Source: Azolla caroliniana (Eukaryota; Plantae; Polypodiophyta). From it: a stretch of 64,000 nucleotides of DNA. The notes under the pieces are model-generated. The model had not been told where the DNA came from and did no database searches. It was given only the letters and a program-made list of their open reading frames with translations. Positions 13,750 through 27,552 of the stretch are shown piece after piece; positions within the stretch are counted from its first letter, which is position 1, and each line of letters begins with the position of its first letter. Both the position numbers and the translations under genes were made by a program. Location: the NCBI GenBank assembly GCA_043228905.1, contig JBHGNT010000005.1:8680001-8744000 (forward strand). The letters are read 5' to 3'.

Positions 13750-15979
13750 TCTCTCACGCTAGTAATGTGATAGAAGTTTGGAGCAGATCAAGGATCCACC
13801 ACCCAAACACATGACTATAGTGTGATACCAAAATTTGATGTATTTTTGTTCTATCATGGAAACTATCATACATGTGTTGTCATTACAATGATTTAGAAAG
13901 CCGAAGAGTGATACCGTGAAGCTTCATCGACCATTTTTGGATGTAATATTCTTACTTAAAAATCTGATGGTATCAATGTTCTTGTATTGTCAATGAAATC
14001 CTTTTGTAGAGGCCCATTCATCCAATTTTTATAGTGAATGATCACTATTATCAGTGTATTCTTCTTGGCTTATAACACACATGAGAGCATTGTTTTATCA
14101 AGTTTATTGTGATAATCTGTTCTTGTAATTTGGTGAAGAACCAGAGCATTCTCTTTCCTATTTATTTGTGGAACTATCTTGCTTAGTAGAATTGTGGTGC
14201 GATGAAAATTCTCCAGAACCCATTAAGACTACTGTCTACTTGATTCTGTAAGTTTGCAATGGACATGTGATGTCATTTTTGGGTGTGTGCTTACATGCTT
14301 CGTTATTTGTGTCTGCACACTTTTGTAGTTTTCACTTGCATTCTAAGATGACATTAGTGGCAATATAACTTTGGAGAACATGTATTTTTGCCTTCGAAAG
14401 TTTAAACCAAGAAATATATCAGAATTTCCCATCCTTGCATCCGCAACTGTAAGAATGAAGAACATAACATTTTATTGCCATAGATATGTATACATTGGAT
14501 TCAACATACATACATGCATACACACAGAACATGTACACTCAGATATTTATGTTTTTAAGTCTATATTCTAAGACCTTAAGGGTAGAAATATTAGAGACAC
14601 TTCATACTATAAAATCTGGTACCGAGACAACATCATTAACCCAATTTCCAAACAAGGTGAACAAAACATTTTCAAACCGCATATTTTGAACTCTTTGTTT
14701 GGGAAGTGAAAAAGAGAGATGTCATGCATTAAGAAGATGATTACATACACTTGCACTACATCCTAATCATTTTTTGCTCTCTAATTCCCATGAAACCAAT
14801 TCATAACTTTCTTCATTGCAATGTTGGTAACAAAACTCTGTAAAATCAGCATTGATCTTGCAAAAATAAGTCTTATAAATGACAAACAAGTATGTTAAGA
14901 CATTATGTATATTTATTAATGCTTACATCTTTCATCTTTAACTGACTACAATGATGTAGAAAACTACAAGTCCCATTTTGGGAGTGTCAATAGAAGTTTG
15001 AATTTGCACATGTGGAGTCTATATTGGAACCATTATGTTATTATTCACAAAGTAACTGAGATTAGGCTCAAGTTCAGGAAATCGTGTAGTGCAATCGACA
15101 AAAAAAAATGCCGAGGTGGTGTAGGACATAATGGCATTGGTGACAATGGTTAATCAAGATAATTCTGATGATGAATATGGATTTCACAATGACGATTTGA
15201 CATAATGTTTGAGATAAAGATGTTAATCAACCTGGATTGTAGTGGTTGTTAATGAAGATGTGTGATAGATAATAATTATGGTATCATAATGATGAGGTGA
15301 CGGTGATCAATGGGTGCATGGATGTATATATGGAGACCAATGTGTGGGTGGGGGTAATAGATGGCGATGATGAATCGATGAATAATGGCAAGAGCGATGG
15401 ATGTGTAAGGATGAATTTAAATACCTCATTTTAAGGAAGATGGATAGTGTAATGATGAGACAAGGGTTTGACTAGGGTGAAAAGGATGGATGATAGATCA
15501 TGATGATGATGATGCACTTGTGCAAGTCCAATGTGTGTGTATGTGCGTGTGGTATTGAAGATGTCACTTTAGCCAAGATGCCATGGTGGTCAGGATGGGA
15601 TACACAAGCATGGAGTACAATGATGTACATACATATTATTTATTAGTGATGAGAGGTTTAATGTTAGAAAAACTAGTGAGCATGATGTGAGGGAGGACCC
15701 ATGAAAGAGATTCTCATCTAAGTGATGGCTTGATGGATTGTGGTTGGTGGTTGGTGGTTGGTGGATGAAATGCAAGAGCAAAATAAGGTATGACTTAGGG
15801 GTATATGGAAGATGCAATGTATTTAGATGGATTGGAGAACAACATATCTAAAGATAGATGTTAAATGGAAGGACCTAAAAAACCTAGTCAATTAAACCAA
15901 GAGCCTATATAAAGGAAATTAAAAAGGACCCTAAAAAATGTATATATATATGTATATGCCCAAGATGAGGTTTTACATG

Positions 15980-17928
15980 TTAAGGCATAAGGGGATCATG
16001 GGATGAGGTAAGGTGTTCGAGGGCGGCTTCAGCAATGGCCCCGCGTGCGCCCTGCGGGAAGAACGCACCGGGTGTCGACTCGGACCCGGTACCATAAAGA
16101 ATGCGTAAGATTTGGAGGGTTGTCCGGGAATAAGTGAGGGAGAAGGTATCGGCGGACAATAGGTTTTGTGTCAAGCGGCCCTCAGCCCCCAAACACGATG
16201 TGGCTGCCACTTGTAGGCCCTCGTCCACCACGCCCGACGTGGAGCCTAGCCGGTTCCTCAATTGTGATATGCGGGTCGTGAACTCCGCAACCGTGAAACC
16301 GTACCCTTGCACATGCACGTCCTTCATCCTGTAAAGGTACGTGCGCACCAGCCCATCTTGGCCCGCTTCCACACCTAGAATAGCCCCGACAAGCTGCATT
16401 CCCACCAAAACAAGCCACACAACACTCTCTCTGGCCCTCGGATCAAATTAAGCAAACATATGATCGTCGTTTCGATCATTGCCATTGGTATGTATATACA
16501 TATATATATTTATTACATGCTAAAGCACAATGTGAAAGCATTGCCTGTATTATTATACACAATGTGAAGGCATTGCATATATTATTATAGTACGCTTTAA
16601 AGAGTGTTTATTCACAAATCATTGTCCCTATCCCTTCGGGATATTATTATTTGTTGGCTCATTTGAATGTGATATTGGTGGAGTAACACATCAGTTTGGC
16701 TTGCTACCTTTATTTTGTGGGTTCAAGTTTTTTCCTACAATTTTGCTTTGATGGTGCACATCCATGAAAATTGATGGCATTTTTCTAAAAGATTGCTCCG
16801 AAAAATCGAGTCTTCACAAAATCACCAAGCCTAACTCGTGTTGGTCCATTTGAATACGAACTTTGCATATAAATTTACATGGCCTTATAAGGTTTCCTTT
16901 CAAGCATGAGTGAAGATTAAAAGATATTTGGAAGGTCAATTTTCCATGTTTTAGGCATGTAAATTATAGTTTTAATTATTTGTGCATGGTCACAACTATA
17001 TCGAGATCCATGAAAGTAAGCTCGTGTTAGTGATATTATCAATGGCCCACATTGAGCATAATGGCCTTACATTTCTTTCTTCCTAGCATTTTTAACATAA
17101 TAATAATATTTTATTTGTTGTCATTCAACAAACATATTTTACTCATTTATTACACCTACCCTCTTTGCCGTGTAACTCTCGAGTAATGGATTTGCACCCA
17201 CCAAACCTGTCATCCCCACGTATGGTAATGCATAACTCGCGATCATAAAACTCAAGCTATCTTGGTATGGGTTAAACGGAGGCTCTAATTGTCTTCCAAA
17301 CGCGCGATTCATTAATTGCTCAAATACTCCTCTGCTTAGGTTTAACAATGGTCGTGGAAAGCCTTCTATTGTTGCTAGAATTGCTCTATTACAAAGCATA
17401 CAAGAAGAGGTTAGTACATATGTGTGGATTCACAAATCAAATATAAGCATATTATGGCAATATGTATTTCCATGGTTTCGATTCTAGGACTTCGTGTTTT
17501 TTTTGCTTCCACCTCACTATAATAATAATACATTTTTGGTTATATTCTTCTTGTTTCCAAACCAACCTTAGATGCCCTACTTCTTGTAAAGCTAATTGGA
17601 GGGTAATATTGCGTGTAAACTCGTCTAATGTTGCAAGTTCACCACCCACTGGGCTTGGCCCACCCATTACAAGTTGCGGAGCAACTTGATCTAGCCCAAA
17701 TCCTAATCCACTCCACAAAAAGAACTCTGCCTCAAGAAATTCTAAATTAAGAGCAAACTCTAAGACATTTCGATCTATATCGCTTACGTTATGACTCGGT
17801 ATATATGTGCCTGAGGATGGATAGTATGGGCATTGGGCAAGGATAGAAGTTCTTTGAGAATGTATCATGAACACTACAAAGAAGAAGATTATTGTATAAT
17901 AGACACATGTCATGCTATGATGATACAT
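15980..17928 (-). CDS. Desiccation-related protein PCC13-62-like (ferritin-like domain), secreted
   Basis: Three exons: 17928-17567, 17385-17160, 16393-15980. Motifs ALNLEFLEAEFF, QEVGHLRAI, GFPRPLLNLS, FNPY...LPYVGMTG, GVEAGQDG and FFPQGARG. Hydrophobic N-terminal signal peptide. Confidence 0.9.
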
Positions 17929-18028
17929 GCTAATTTGTGCTCTACTATCTCTTGTGCACTTAGAGACACTTTCCTAGAATAATCACATCTATAGACACTT
18001 ATTTGTGTTCTCACCCTAGATGAGCACA

Positions 18029-18035
18029 TTTATAG
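18029..18035 (-). promoter_or_regulatory. Candidate TATA box of the PCC13-62-like gene
   Basis: CTATAAA on the minus strand ~100 bp upstream of the ATG. Confidence 0.4.
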
Positions 18036-21000
18036 GTACTTTCCTAGGAGTAAATAGTATATAGGTTACAGTGTTGCAATAACCCACCCACACTTTCCAT
18101 CTCGCTTGTTCATACTCATTGTGTGTCAATTAGTTTCCTTATATTTGACCCACCTAAATGGTAAACTTCAATTTATTGGATTCTAATCAAAATTGGAATG
18201 CCGACATCAAACACTTCACCCCCCCTCTTTTAACTTGCATCATTATGTTGCCCTTATTTCCTGACCTTTAATCGTATATCATCTAGAATTGTAGAAACTC
18301 AATCTCGGTTTTCAAGATTAATTACCACATTGACTTGAGTTAAACAGTTCTTTGGTACCGAACACTGATTTGTGACTTCATGCATTGCATTCAAACTTGC
18401 ATACATCTTGAAAATTTGTTTGATAGTATTATTAGCGCTACCTTAAGAAATGGTTTCACCTGAGACTATGATGTGATGCATTTTTCTCATTTATTTCCAA
18501 AATTGATGGAAATATTGTAAGTAGTGTGGGATGCCCAAAATTGGTCATGAACTATATGTCACTCATTATTTATCAGGGTCAAAAGAATTGAAGCTATTGG
18601 CAATTTATGGCAAATGTATTGTAATTATTATGGGGTGTTCTACTAAAAAATAGACACAATAATGAGATTCTACAAGAATCAATAATATGCTCTTTGCGAG
18701 ATGCAATTCGATATAAATGTATAGGAGTTACAATTTGAAACAAATGAGGTGAGAAATCCTTACTTAAAGACAGAATCATCAAGAAAATTTTATGCCACTA
18801 CAAATTTTATGCCTTTGTAAGGGCGATAAGAACTTTATGACTTATATAAAGACAATGATCAATCTAACAACCAATTATAATATATAGGACATGTTAAGTA
18901 AGCCCAAGGTCAACAATAAACATAGATGATATGAAGTACATTGGAAAAATCATTGCATATAATATAAATGCATTTTGAAAATTAGACCTTCACAAGATTT
19001 CTTGATTGGTTTCTCATCCACAACTCGAGTAAGTGGCTATTGTTGAGAAATATTTCTAGCTCTTTCATATATTTGCATTTTTTGACTAATTTGATAATTA
19101 TATTATTTCAAGGAACAAGTTCAATATAACATGCAAATTCAAGGTCCTATACAAAATCTCAAGTCTATTGTTTATGATCTACATGATTACCAATTATATT
19201 GCTTTTAAGGAGAGAAATACCACATGAAGTTACTTACTCATTTTCGTGACTCCCTTCAAATGTGCACCAATCTTATGTTATCGATGATAGAATACTCGTC
19301 ATGTTAGATATACACTTATAGCCACATTGAGAGTAAAGTCTTGCAATTGATTTGGTATAGTAAATAATTGCTCCAAAAAGGCCTAACCACGCATAATTAT
19401 AACCACATTCAAGGTGAGTTGGTACTATTGGAGCATAACATTCAAGATTGATTGCTACCATAATAAACCTAAACCATGAAAGGTGCATTGAATACATCAC
19501 GGACACAACACCTTAACGCACCAATAAACATAATTCCTTAAGCAAAATAATGTAATTTTTGACAAAACATTTTGTGCTTCCTTATAGTTTGCTAGTGTCG
19601 ACATAAACACGTTATTGTAATCAAAATTGTTCGTTAATGACTCTAACGTAATCACACAAATTGAGTGTACTAACAAATGCATAAATATTGCAATTGAACA
19701 TAGGATCATTCTATTATCCACGAAAAGCTATATGCGTTGATTACCCGGGCGATGCGGAAAATTATACCTATTGAGATATAATAGAGTTCATTGCCTCTAA
19801 CCTCACATGATGAGGAGGAGGTAAAAGATTCTCATAAAAATTGGGAGAAATCCCATCATTTATTGGGATATTCATTCTATTTTTTTAAGTTATCATTCTT
19901 AAGTATTTATACTTCTGAATAATTTATTGCAATCAATATGAAATTGTTGACTGACCTTCATTATTTTCCTCTCCTCTGTGAGTACTAACTAGTAAAGTGG
20001 AACTTGGAACTTGGAACTATATTTACTTCGTTCAACATTTGTTGCCATAGAAAACAACTAAAGTCCCTTAGAAGATCCTAGTCAAAAATATTTATAGCAT
20101 TCAATAGCATTAATAAAATTGAATATATGACTTAGGAATGGTCCACTTTGGGATTGAAGGCCAAGTAGGTGAAAATGAGACGATTGTGTACATTTGGTGT
20201 TAATGGCATGGACATGAGTTTGCATCATAAGTTTGGAAAACATGCTTTATTAGTTCTCCAACTTATCGTTGATTATAGGCACCATTGATTATAGGTTTGT
20301 TGGATGAATCCTTGTGGTCCGTGGGCAAGTCCCTATGTTACAAATTACATAAGGAAATGTTCCCAAAAAATTGTTCACACACACACACCTATTGATATTA
20401 ATGTACAAAATGCAATGTACACATAATGATATAGCATGCTTTGTATTGTGACTTCTTGTGTTCTAGGATTTAATAACATATTATCATCAACATCAATACC
20501 AAACATGACATTACATGCTCAAACACAATGTGGCGGGCATTTCATTTGCATATTACATAAGGAAAGATTTATGCAAGGATCAACTATGATCCCGCATTTG
20601 TCTCTTGGAACAAAACACATAAAATTTTGCCAAAATTAAGAGAACTAGGTTGAAACATAAGAAATAGTTTTTATGTCACGACGAGAGAACACACACAAAA
20701 GTGAAAATGGTATAGCAATTTCTAACATATTTGTAGGTAACCATCCAATATTCAACGAAATTATCAATTGTTGAGCCTTTTTAAATCTGAATGAACAAAC
20801 ATAATGAGTGATATTGTAACCTATGGTTATGGTTTGGAATCTCAATAAATGGATCTAGTGTTGCATTCATTATTTAAAAACTTGTTATTTTTAGTTTAAG
20901 ATCATTTCATTAGCACAAGCAGTATTCTTAAAACATGGCCACTAATCACAACAATACTTCTTCTTTTTTCTTGTCATGATGACCTAGATTAGATTCATCG

Positions 21001-23999
21001 TTTGTTATGTAGTTCTAAGGCATAAATGTTCCCTATATTTCTAAAATTTAGGTGGGCATGTTCTTGATTTGGATTTGGGATGGAGTAGTGATGATTTTAG
21101 ATCTTCTACAATAATATGTAGTGAAAGGTAAATAGTTCCATTGTATTTTAATGTGCAATCAATTTCCTAGAGTATATACAGACTATTAGAGTGTGTTGAA
21201 TAAACATTGACAAGTAACAATTGTGTCAATATATGTAATAAAAAAACAAACCCTACCAACAATTCAACTTTACATATTATATTCAGATGCATTATGGTCA
21301 TTCAAGATCCATCCCACCCCACAAGAAAGCTAGTGTTCATTAATATTTGAAAGTCATCAAGATTGCAACATCTTTAGTTGGGCTTACTTATCTTTATCAT
21401 ATTAAGAAAGGGGAGAGAAAGTGTGTGACCGTAGCCTTACAATTTAAATAGTACAACAATTAAATCATGTGTCCCAAAATGTGTTTTTATGTTGTTAATT
21501 AGGATCAAAGTGCATCTCGACATTTTGTAACAGGAAAGGATATGAAAAGATCCAATCTCATAAACTGACAACATCTCTCCATTATGAATTGGCTTGATGT
21601 ATAATGACATTTATGTGTGAGAATATCACACATACATAGACATATAATGTTTGATCATAAATCTATATGCATGAACACATAGATATGACTACATAAGCAA
21701 CACATTGCCACAAGGACAAGGACGTCAACAAAAGTGAACTGACATAAATTTAAGGCAATAAGGTCAAGATTTATTGCGGTTGGATAAATGTCACTCACTA
21801 TTAGTTCCAACACATCTCATGAAACCCGTTAATAAACACTACCAAGAACATTCTTGAGATGTGCCAATTTTCATGCCATTGCGACCGAATGGTTATATAC
21901 TAGTATTATGAACTCTTTTTCATAACATTGATGTGTATAGAAATAGACATAATGCCAATAATAACAATAGAAGATCAAACAATATAGAGCAAGAAAAATG
22001 CATGTAAGTAGAGAGCAAAGGTTGCAAGGCAATGGGCACCACGGATTCATAAACATTCTCCAAATTAGAAGCCACATATGTGAGCAATAAATTAAAACAA
22101 TCCATTGGTCCCTTTACATTCTCAAATATATCATGATGCTTAGAAGAATATCTAGGTTCAATTAATTACATTTTAGACAAGCATTCGGAGTTTTTATCCT
22201 TATAACTACATACTCCCATGTACAACAAGGTTGTGTCCATCTTGGCATGCTCTATTACTTTCTCTTATAAAAGAACCCAATATATGTATTATGTTGTATG
22301 AATAATGTCGCATCAATCGTTCTTGCAAATGCACTCATAGTACACAGGATTGATGGGCACGATAGAATCCCTTCAAATTTCTTTTTTGCTATCATTGGTA
22401 TTAGTCACACGCATTATTGACCTTGCATCATATTGTCTTTCTTCCTCTCATTGAGTCTAATTCTCTTGTGATTGCAACCATGCTTAGTTTCTTTTGTTTG
22501 TGCATTCCTTAGATTATCACTAGAAAATAAGATAACTCGCCCAAAATATTTGTCACTATCTCAATTTTACACACTCATGCCTCTTTAGAAACTCATCAAA
22601 TCTCATCTTTTAGCAATGGCCAACATGCTTAACATGTCTATTGTCCAATGTTCATACACAATATCCATGTGTTATATTTGATGGCTTGATGCAATCTCAC
22701 GTCTTGTGTTTAATTTATTTTTTTATGACCTCCCTTGCAACAATAACTTGATCCTATTCAAAAGGTGGGATCATCGTAAACTTCAAGTCAATCTTCGTTA
22801 GTATTGAGTGAGACGACACCTTGATACATTGGGATGTGTTTCAACTTTTCACTCACCATATATGAGATGTTATTAAGGAATAGCATGTGGAGAATCTCCT
22901 CATTTTAACAAAATTGTAACTTGATTGATAGACCGATTGTGATCTACAGTATGGGGCCAAGCCCATGACAATGATTGAACTTGAGAAGTGGGGAGAGATG
23001 ATATATTATCATCCTCTAGAGGCCTTTAACATGATGCATGGCAACTAACATAAAGAAGTTTATACATGATATAGTTATCCTTTGGTACATCACACAAATA
23101 GAGAGCCTTTGACTTTCATGTGATGTTAGTGAAGGATAGCCTTTGTTGGAAAAGGGAGCACATGCAACCTCTTACAAGATGAGTTTCCTTCTTGATGACA
23201 ATTAGTACTCGACATATGTCAATGGTAATTGAGACTTGAGAAATATTCACCATCCTCGATGTTTTGAGTTTGACATGTTGTGCAAGTACAATCCTCCTTG
23301 GGTAGGCATTGCCATGTTCCATTGTCGATGACTGAATTGTGTTTGTGTGGTCTAAGGAGCATAATTCTCAATGCATTTATTGCGTTAACATTTTATGCAC
23401 ATATGATCCTTTTTTGTTAACCTTTTGTCATGTTCGACACCACTTGATGGCTAGACTGTGGTTGTGTGTTCAAAGGAGGATAATGTTTTCTCAAAGCTTG
23501 GAGGGTGAGGGAATGAATATTCAGAGGTCAGTTAACATTCGAATGCCACGCATTACTAAATTCCCCAACATGTAAGTAAGGCTAGCAATGAAAGAAAGAA
23601 GGTTATGCATTCCAACCCCTTCATTCCTAGTAAACGGTGGTTGACCATATATTGACAGAATATGAGGGGCACGATATCAACAAGAATGGGATCAACACAA
23701 ATCCATTCAATGAATTGATCATATAATTACACAAACTTCAAGAACTTGGAGTAATATGATAGATACCTGGTATACCCAACAAGCTCTCCCACGTGACGAG
23801 TGGCAAAGGGGCTTTCTGGCAAAAGCATTAAGGGCATGGGACTTCCAAGGAAAAACAAGGGCTAACAAGAGAAGGGTAAAAGAAACCCTAGTACTAGAAA
23901 ACAGGAGGGAATTGTGAGGAGAAATTCCAAGGGTTAAAAAAGAAAAGAAAAGGGTAAATAGTTTCGCAAGGTACTTCCCATACATACACATATACGACG

Positions 24000-24121
24000 T
24001 GCATACATGCATATACATACATGATTACATCCATATGTAGATGCATACACACACAAACATACATACATACATACGTACATACACACATACATACATACAG
24101 ACAGGCAGACATACATACATA

Positions 24122-24171
<50 letters not shown>

Positions 24172-24240
24172 TACATACACATACATATAGACATACCGGC
24201 ATGCATACATACATATCCTTTACGCTCTCTGTATGTATAT
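24000..24240. repeat. Compound (CATA)n/(CA)n microsatellite upstream of the 14-3-3 gene
   Basis: Directly visible tandem runs. Confidence 0.95.
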
Positions 24241-24519
24241 AATGTTTCTTTTTTTTTGTTTTTCCTCTTTCTTCTTAGTTGGATCTGCACTGTCTCTTTC
24301 TCTACCTCTCTCGGCCTCCAAGACTTACATACATATCCATCGTCTCCGCCTTCTGTCTTTGGTACCCTGTTTGTTTTGAGATTTCTGTCCCTGCTCGGTT
24401 TCCAAAGCCTTACCTTGCCATTCTTCTGTCGCCTTTTTTTTCAGCTGTCGTTTGGTTCTCTCTCCTTCCTTTTTTTCCCTCCACCCCCACCCCCCATCGG
24501 ATCCAGATCTCTTGTCGCC

Positions 24520-26784
24520 ATGACTATCGAGAAGGAGCGAGAAGCGCATGTCTACATGGCCAAGCTCGCTGAGCAAGCAGAGCGTTATGACGGTACGTCC
24601 TCCCCATCAGATCTGATGTCTACGTTGTTATTGCTACATTTTTGCGCGTAAGCTCTCGTTTACTCTCTTTATTTACTTTCTGGTTTATTTCTGTTCATGA
24701 TATACTTTATTTGTTGATATTATCTCTATCTGTAAGACAATAAAACGATAAGAACTTGACTGCTGCAAATAAGAATGGAATGACTTGCCTTGACGATGTG
24801 AATGAGAAATTTCTTTCGATTTCGTTGGATCATGAGGACTTCTTTGTGTTTTTTTTTTGTTGATATGTAAGAGATGTGTCACGAGAAGAATGAAAGGGAT
24901 TGTCTTGTCTTTTGAGAAGTTTCTTTGCTTCGTTGAGAACGTCCTTCGTAATATTCTTGTTGACATGTGAGATTTCATAAGAGAACGTGTCAAAGCTACT
25001 CGACTCAATGCAAATACGTAGGGAAGTGTTTCAACTGAGAACTTCATTCGATTTGGTTTGGTTCATGAGGTCTTTCTCATGGATTCTTGTTAATTTGTAA
25101 GGTGTCACAATAAAATTAAACATTTTACTTGACTGATGCAAATGTGCACCAAACGGTTTCTGATTAGACTTTGAAATAGTTGATGTTATTATATTTGGTA
25201 TGCTTTACAAAGCATCAGAAAGTTGGAGCTTCGGTATGGTTTACTGTTGCTTCAAATTTATAGTCCAACAATTTTACTAAACTTAATGTTATGTCCGTAC
25301 CAATCGTATGCATTTGATGTAAAAGAATTTGCTTCAATGGCTTTTATTTTCTTGAACGATGTATGACAGAAAATTGATTCACGTTATTGAAACTTGTATA
25401 GCTTTTATTTGGCTGACGTTAAAGTTTTTGCTTCATTTACAATGCGATTCATTTCAGCAAGCCAATCTTTTACATGCTTGTCGATGTTATGAGGACTTGA
25501 GCTGACTTCATTTGTTTTTAATCTAATCTTTTATAGACCAGTCCAATTACATTCATTCATTTATCTAATCTAATTTTGTTTGGTTTGTTTTTACTTCCAG
25601 TTTTTATCGGTTTGTGCGTGAAGCTTTATTTCTGTATGGTTTTAACTGTTTTCTCTCTATTTATGGCTTATTTCTATTCTTTTCTTTGTAGAAATGGTCG
25701 AATCAATGAAGAAAGTTGCAAAACTGGATTTGGAGCTTACTGTTGAAGAGAGAAACCTTCTCTCTGTTGGATATAAAAATGTGATTGGTGCACGCCGTGC
25801 ATCATGGCGGATTATGTCTTCAATTGAACAAAAGGAAGAAGCCAAGCTCAATGAACAAAATGTAAAACGAATTAAAGAGTATCGGAACAAAGTGGAGGAA
25901 GAGCTAACAAAAATTTGCCATGACATCTTAACAATTATTGATGAGCATTTGATACCATCGTCTGGATCGGGAGAATCCACTGTTTTCTATTACAAGATGT
26001 ATGTTTACAAAGCAACATCACACTGTAACTTATCTGAGTAGCAGATATGGCTTATAAGCTGTATCATTGTAGTGATAAATGAAGCATGAGAAAACTGTGT
26101 TAAGGTAATGTTCTTGTTCATATTTCTTTGCAGGAAAGGTGATTACTACCGATACCTCGCAGAGTTTAAAGTTGGTGTTGAGAGGAAGGAGGCAGCTGAT
26201 GAATCTCTCAAAGCGTATGAGGTACATCCTTTTATCGAATAAAAGTTGGTATAATTTGCTTTGGCACAGGTTTCACAGGTTATGGTTTTAACACTTCATG
26301 TCTTACTAGGCTGCAATCAACACGGCTTCAACTGACTTGGCCCCAACGCATCCTATTCGACTTGGGCTAGCATTAAACTTTTCTGTTTTCTATTATGAGA
26401 TTGTGAACTCTCCCGAAAAGTAATAATATTTTATATGTAAGAATTTTAAAAAGTTAATGCTGGTGTCAAAATTTGTGTCTAATCCTGAAGGCTTTAATAC
26501 AGAGCATGCCAGCTAGCAAAACAAGCCTTTGATGATGCTATTGCCGAATTAGATACCTTGAGTGAAGACTCATACAAGGACAGCACTCTGATAATGCAGC
26601 TTTTGAGAGACAATTTGACACTATGGACTTCTGACTTGCAGGAAGATGGAGGTATGTTTGCACTATTTTTAACTTTCTATTTTATAGGTACTCATCGGTA
26701 ATGAATTGTGTTTTGATCTCTGATATAGATGACCAGCTGAAAGTTGAAGCTTCTGAGAAGATTGATTCAGAGGAAATACACTGA
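24520..26784 (+). CDS. GRF: 14-3-3 protein, epsilon-group exon structure
   Basis: Exons 24520-24592, 25692-25998, 26134-26221, 26310-26419, 26503-26651, 26729-26784. Motifs [62 protein letters not shown] and [21 protein letters not shown]. Confidence 0.96.
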
Positions 26785-27192
26785 GTATTAGTTTTCTCAT
26801 TGATGTACAAGAGATTACTCAGACATGATATTTGGCATTGCAGTGATTCGAAGTTGATGCACTTTCTTCCGTAAAAACAAGCCTTTTAAAAACGCTTAAA
26901 GAATTTTAATGTCAATGTCCTAAAAAAATTTGCTGATTATTTCAATTACCAGCATCCCATTTCCTATTTTTATCTGGGGATCGATATCTTTTGTGTAATT
27001 TTTGGTTTAACTTATTTCTACGTCGCATTTGAATGTTTAATGGAGATAATTATTGGAATGCAGCCTTCCCTAATTTACCAACCAGTGGTGCTGATACTCA
27101 TAAGAATTTCAATAATTTATGTATGATTATGGTTGTCTGTCTATGTGCAGGTTCTTGAACAATAAGTTAGAAGGCATGTGAAGAAATATGTG

Positions 27193-27552
27193 TCTTCAAG
27201 CCCTAAAGCTTCCACTTTTGAAGTAAGACTTCACAAGGAATTTGAGTTGTTGAATATCTGAAGGGCCATTATGGATCAGACTAGATCTGCCTAGTCCCTT
27301 TTTATTTCTTCAAACCCTAAAGCTTCAGTTTTGAAGTGAGGCTCGAAACAAAATTGAGCTGTTAAATATCAAAGTACCAATATGGGTCAGAGTTGATCTG
27401 CCTAGCCCTTTCTTTCTTTTATCTGCTTAGGCGTTTCTTATTTCCTCAAACCATAAAGCTTCCAGTTTTGAAATGAGGTTTCACAACGAATTTGAGTCAT
27501 TGAATATCAGAAGTACTATAACAAATTAGACTTGATCTCTCTAGCCATTTCT
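27193..27552. repeat. Three diverged direct copies of a ~110-bp unit
   Basis: Copies start near 27193, 27307 and 27443 (TCTTCAARCCCTAAAGCTTC...TTTTGAA...GATCTGCCTAG). Confidence 0.85.

Noticed and set aside
16526-16589. 32-bp tandem duplication in the PCC13-62-like intron (a similar small one lies at ~27913-27967)
   Set aside because: Ordinary slippage duplications with no sign of function.
18300-23700. AT-rich stretch with many short ORFs, possibly an ancient DNA transposon
   Set aside because: No transposase or RT motif, TIR or TSD could be recognised by eye. It needs a translated profile search.
23719-24290. Overlapping Cys/Val/Met/Tyr- or His/Thr-rich ORFs
   Set aside because: They are translations of the (CATA)n/(CA)n microsatellite.
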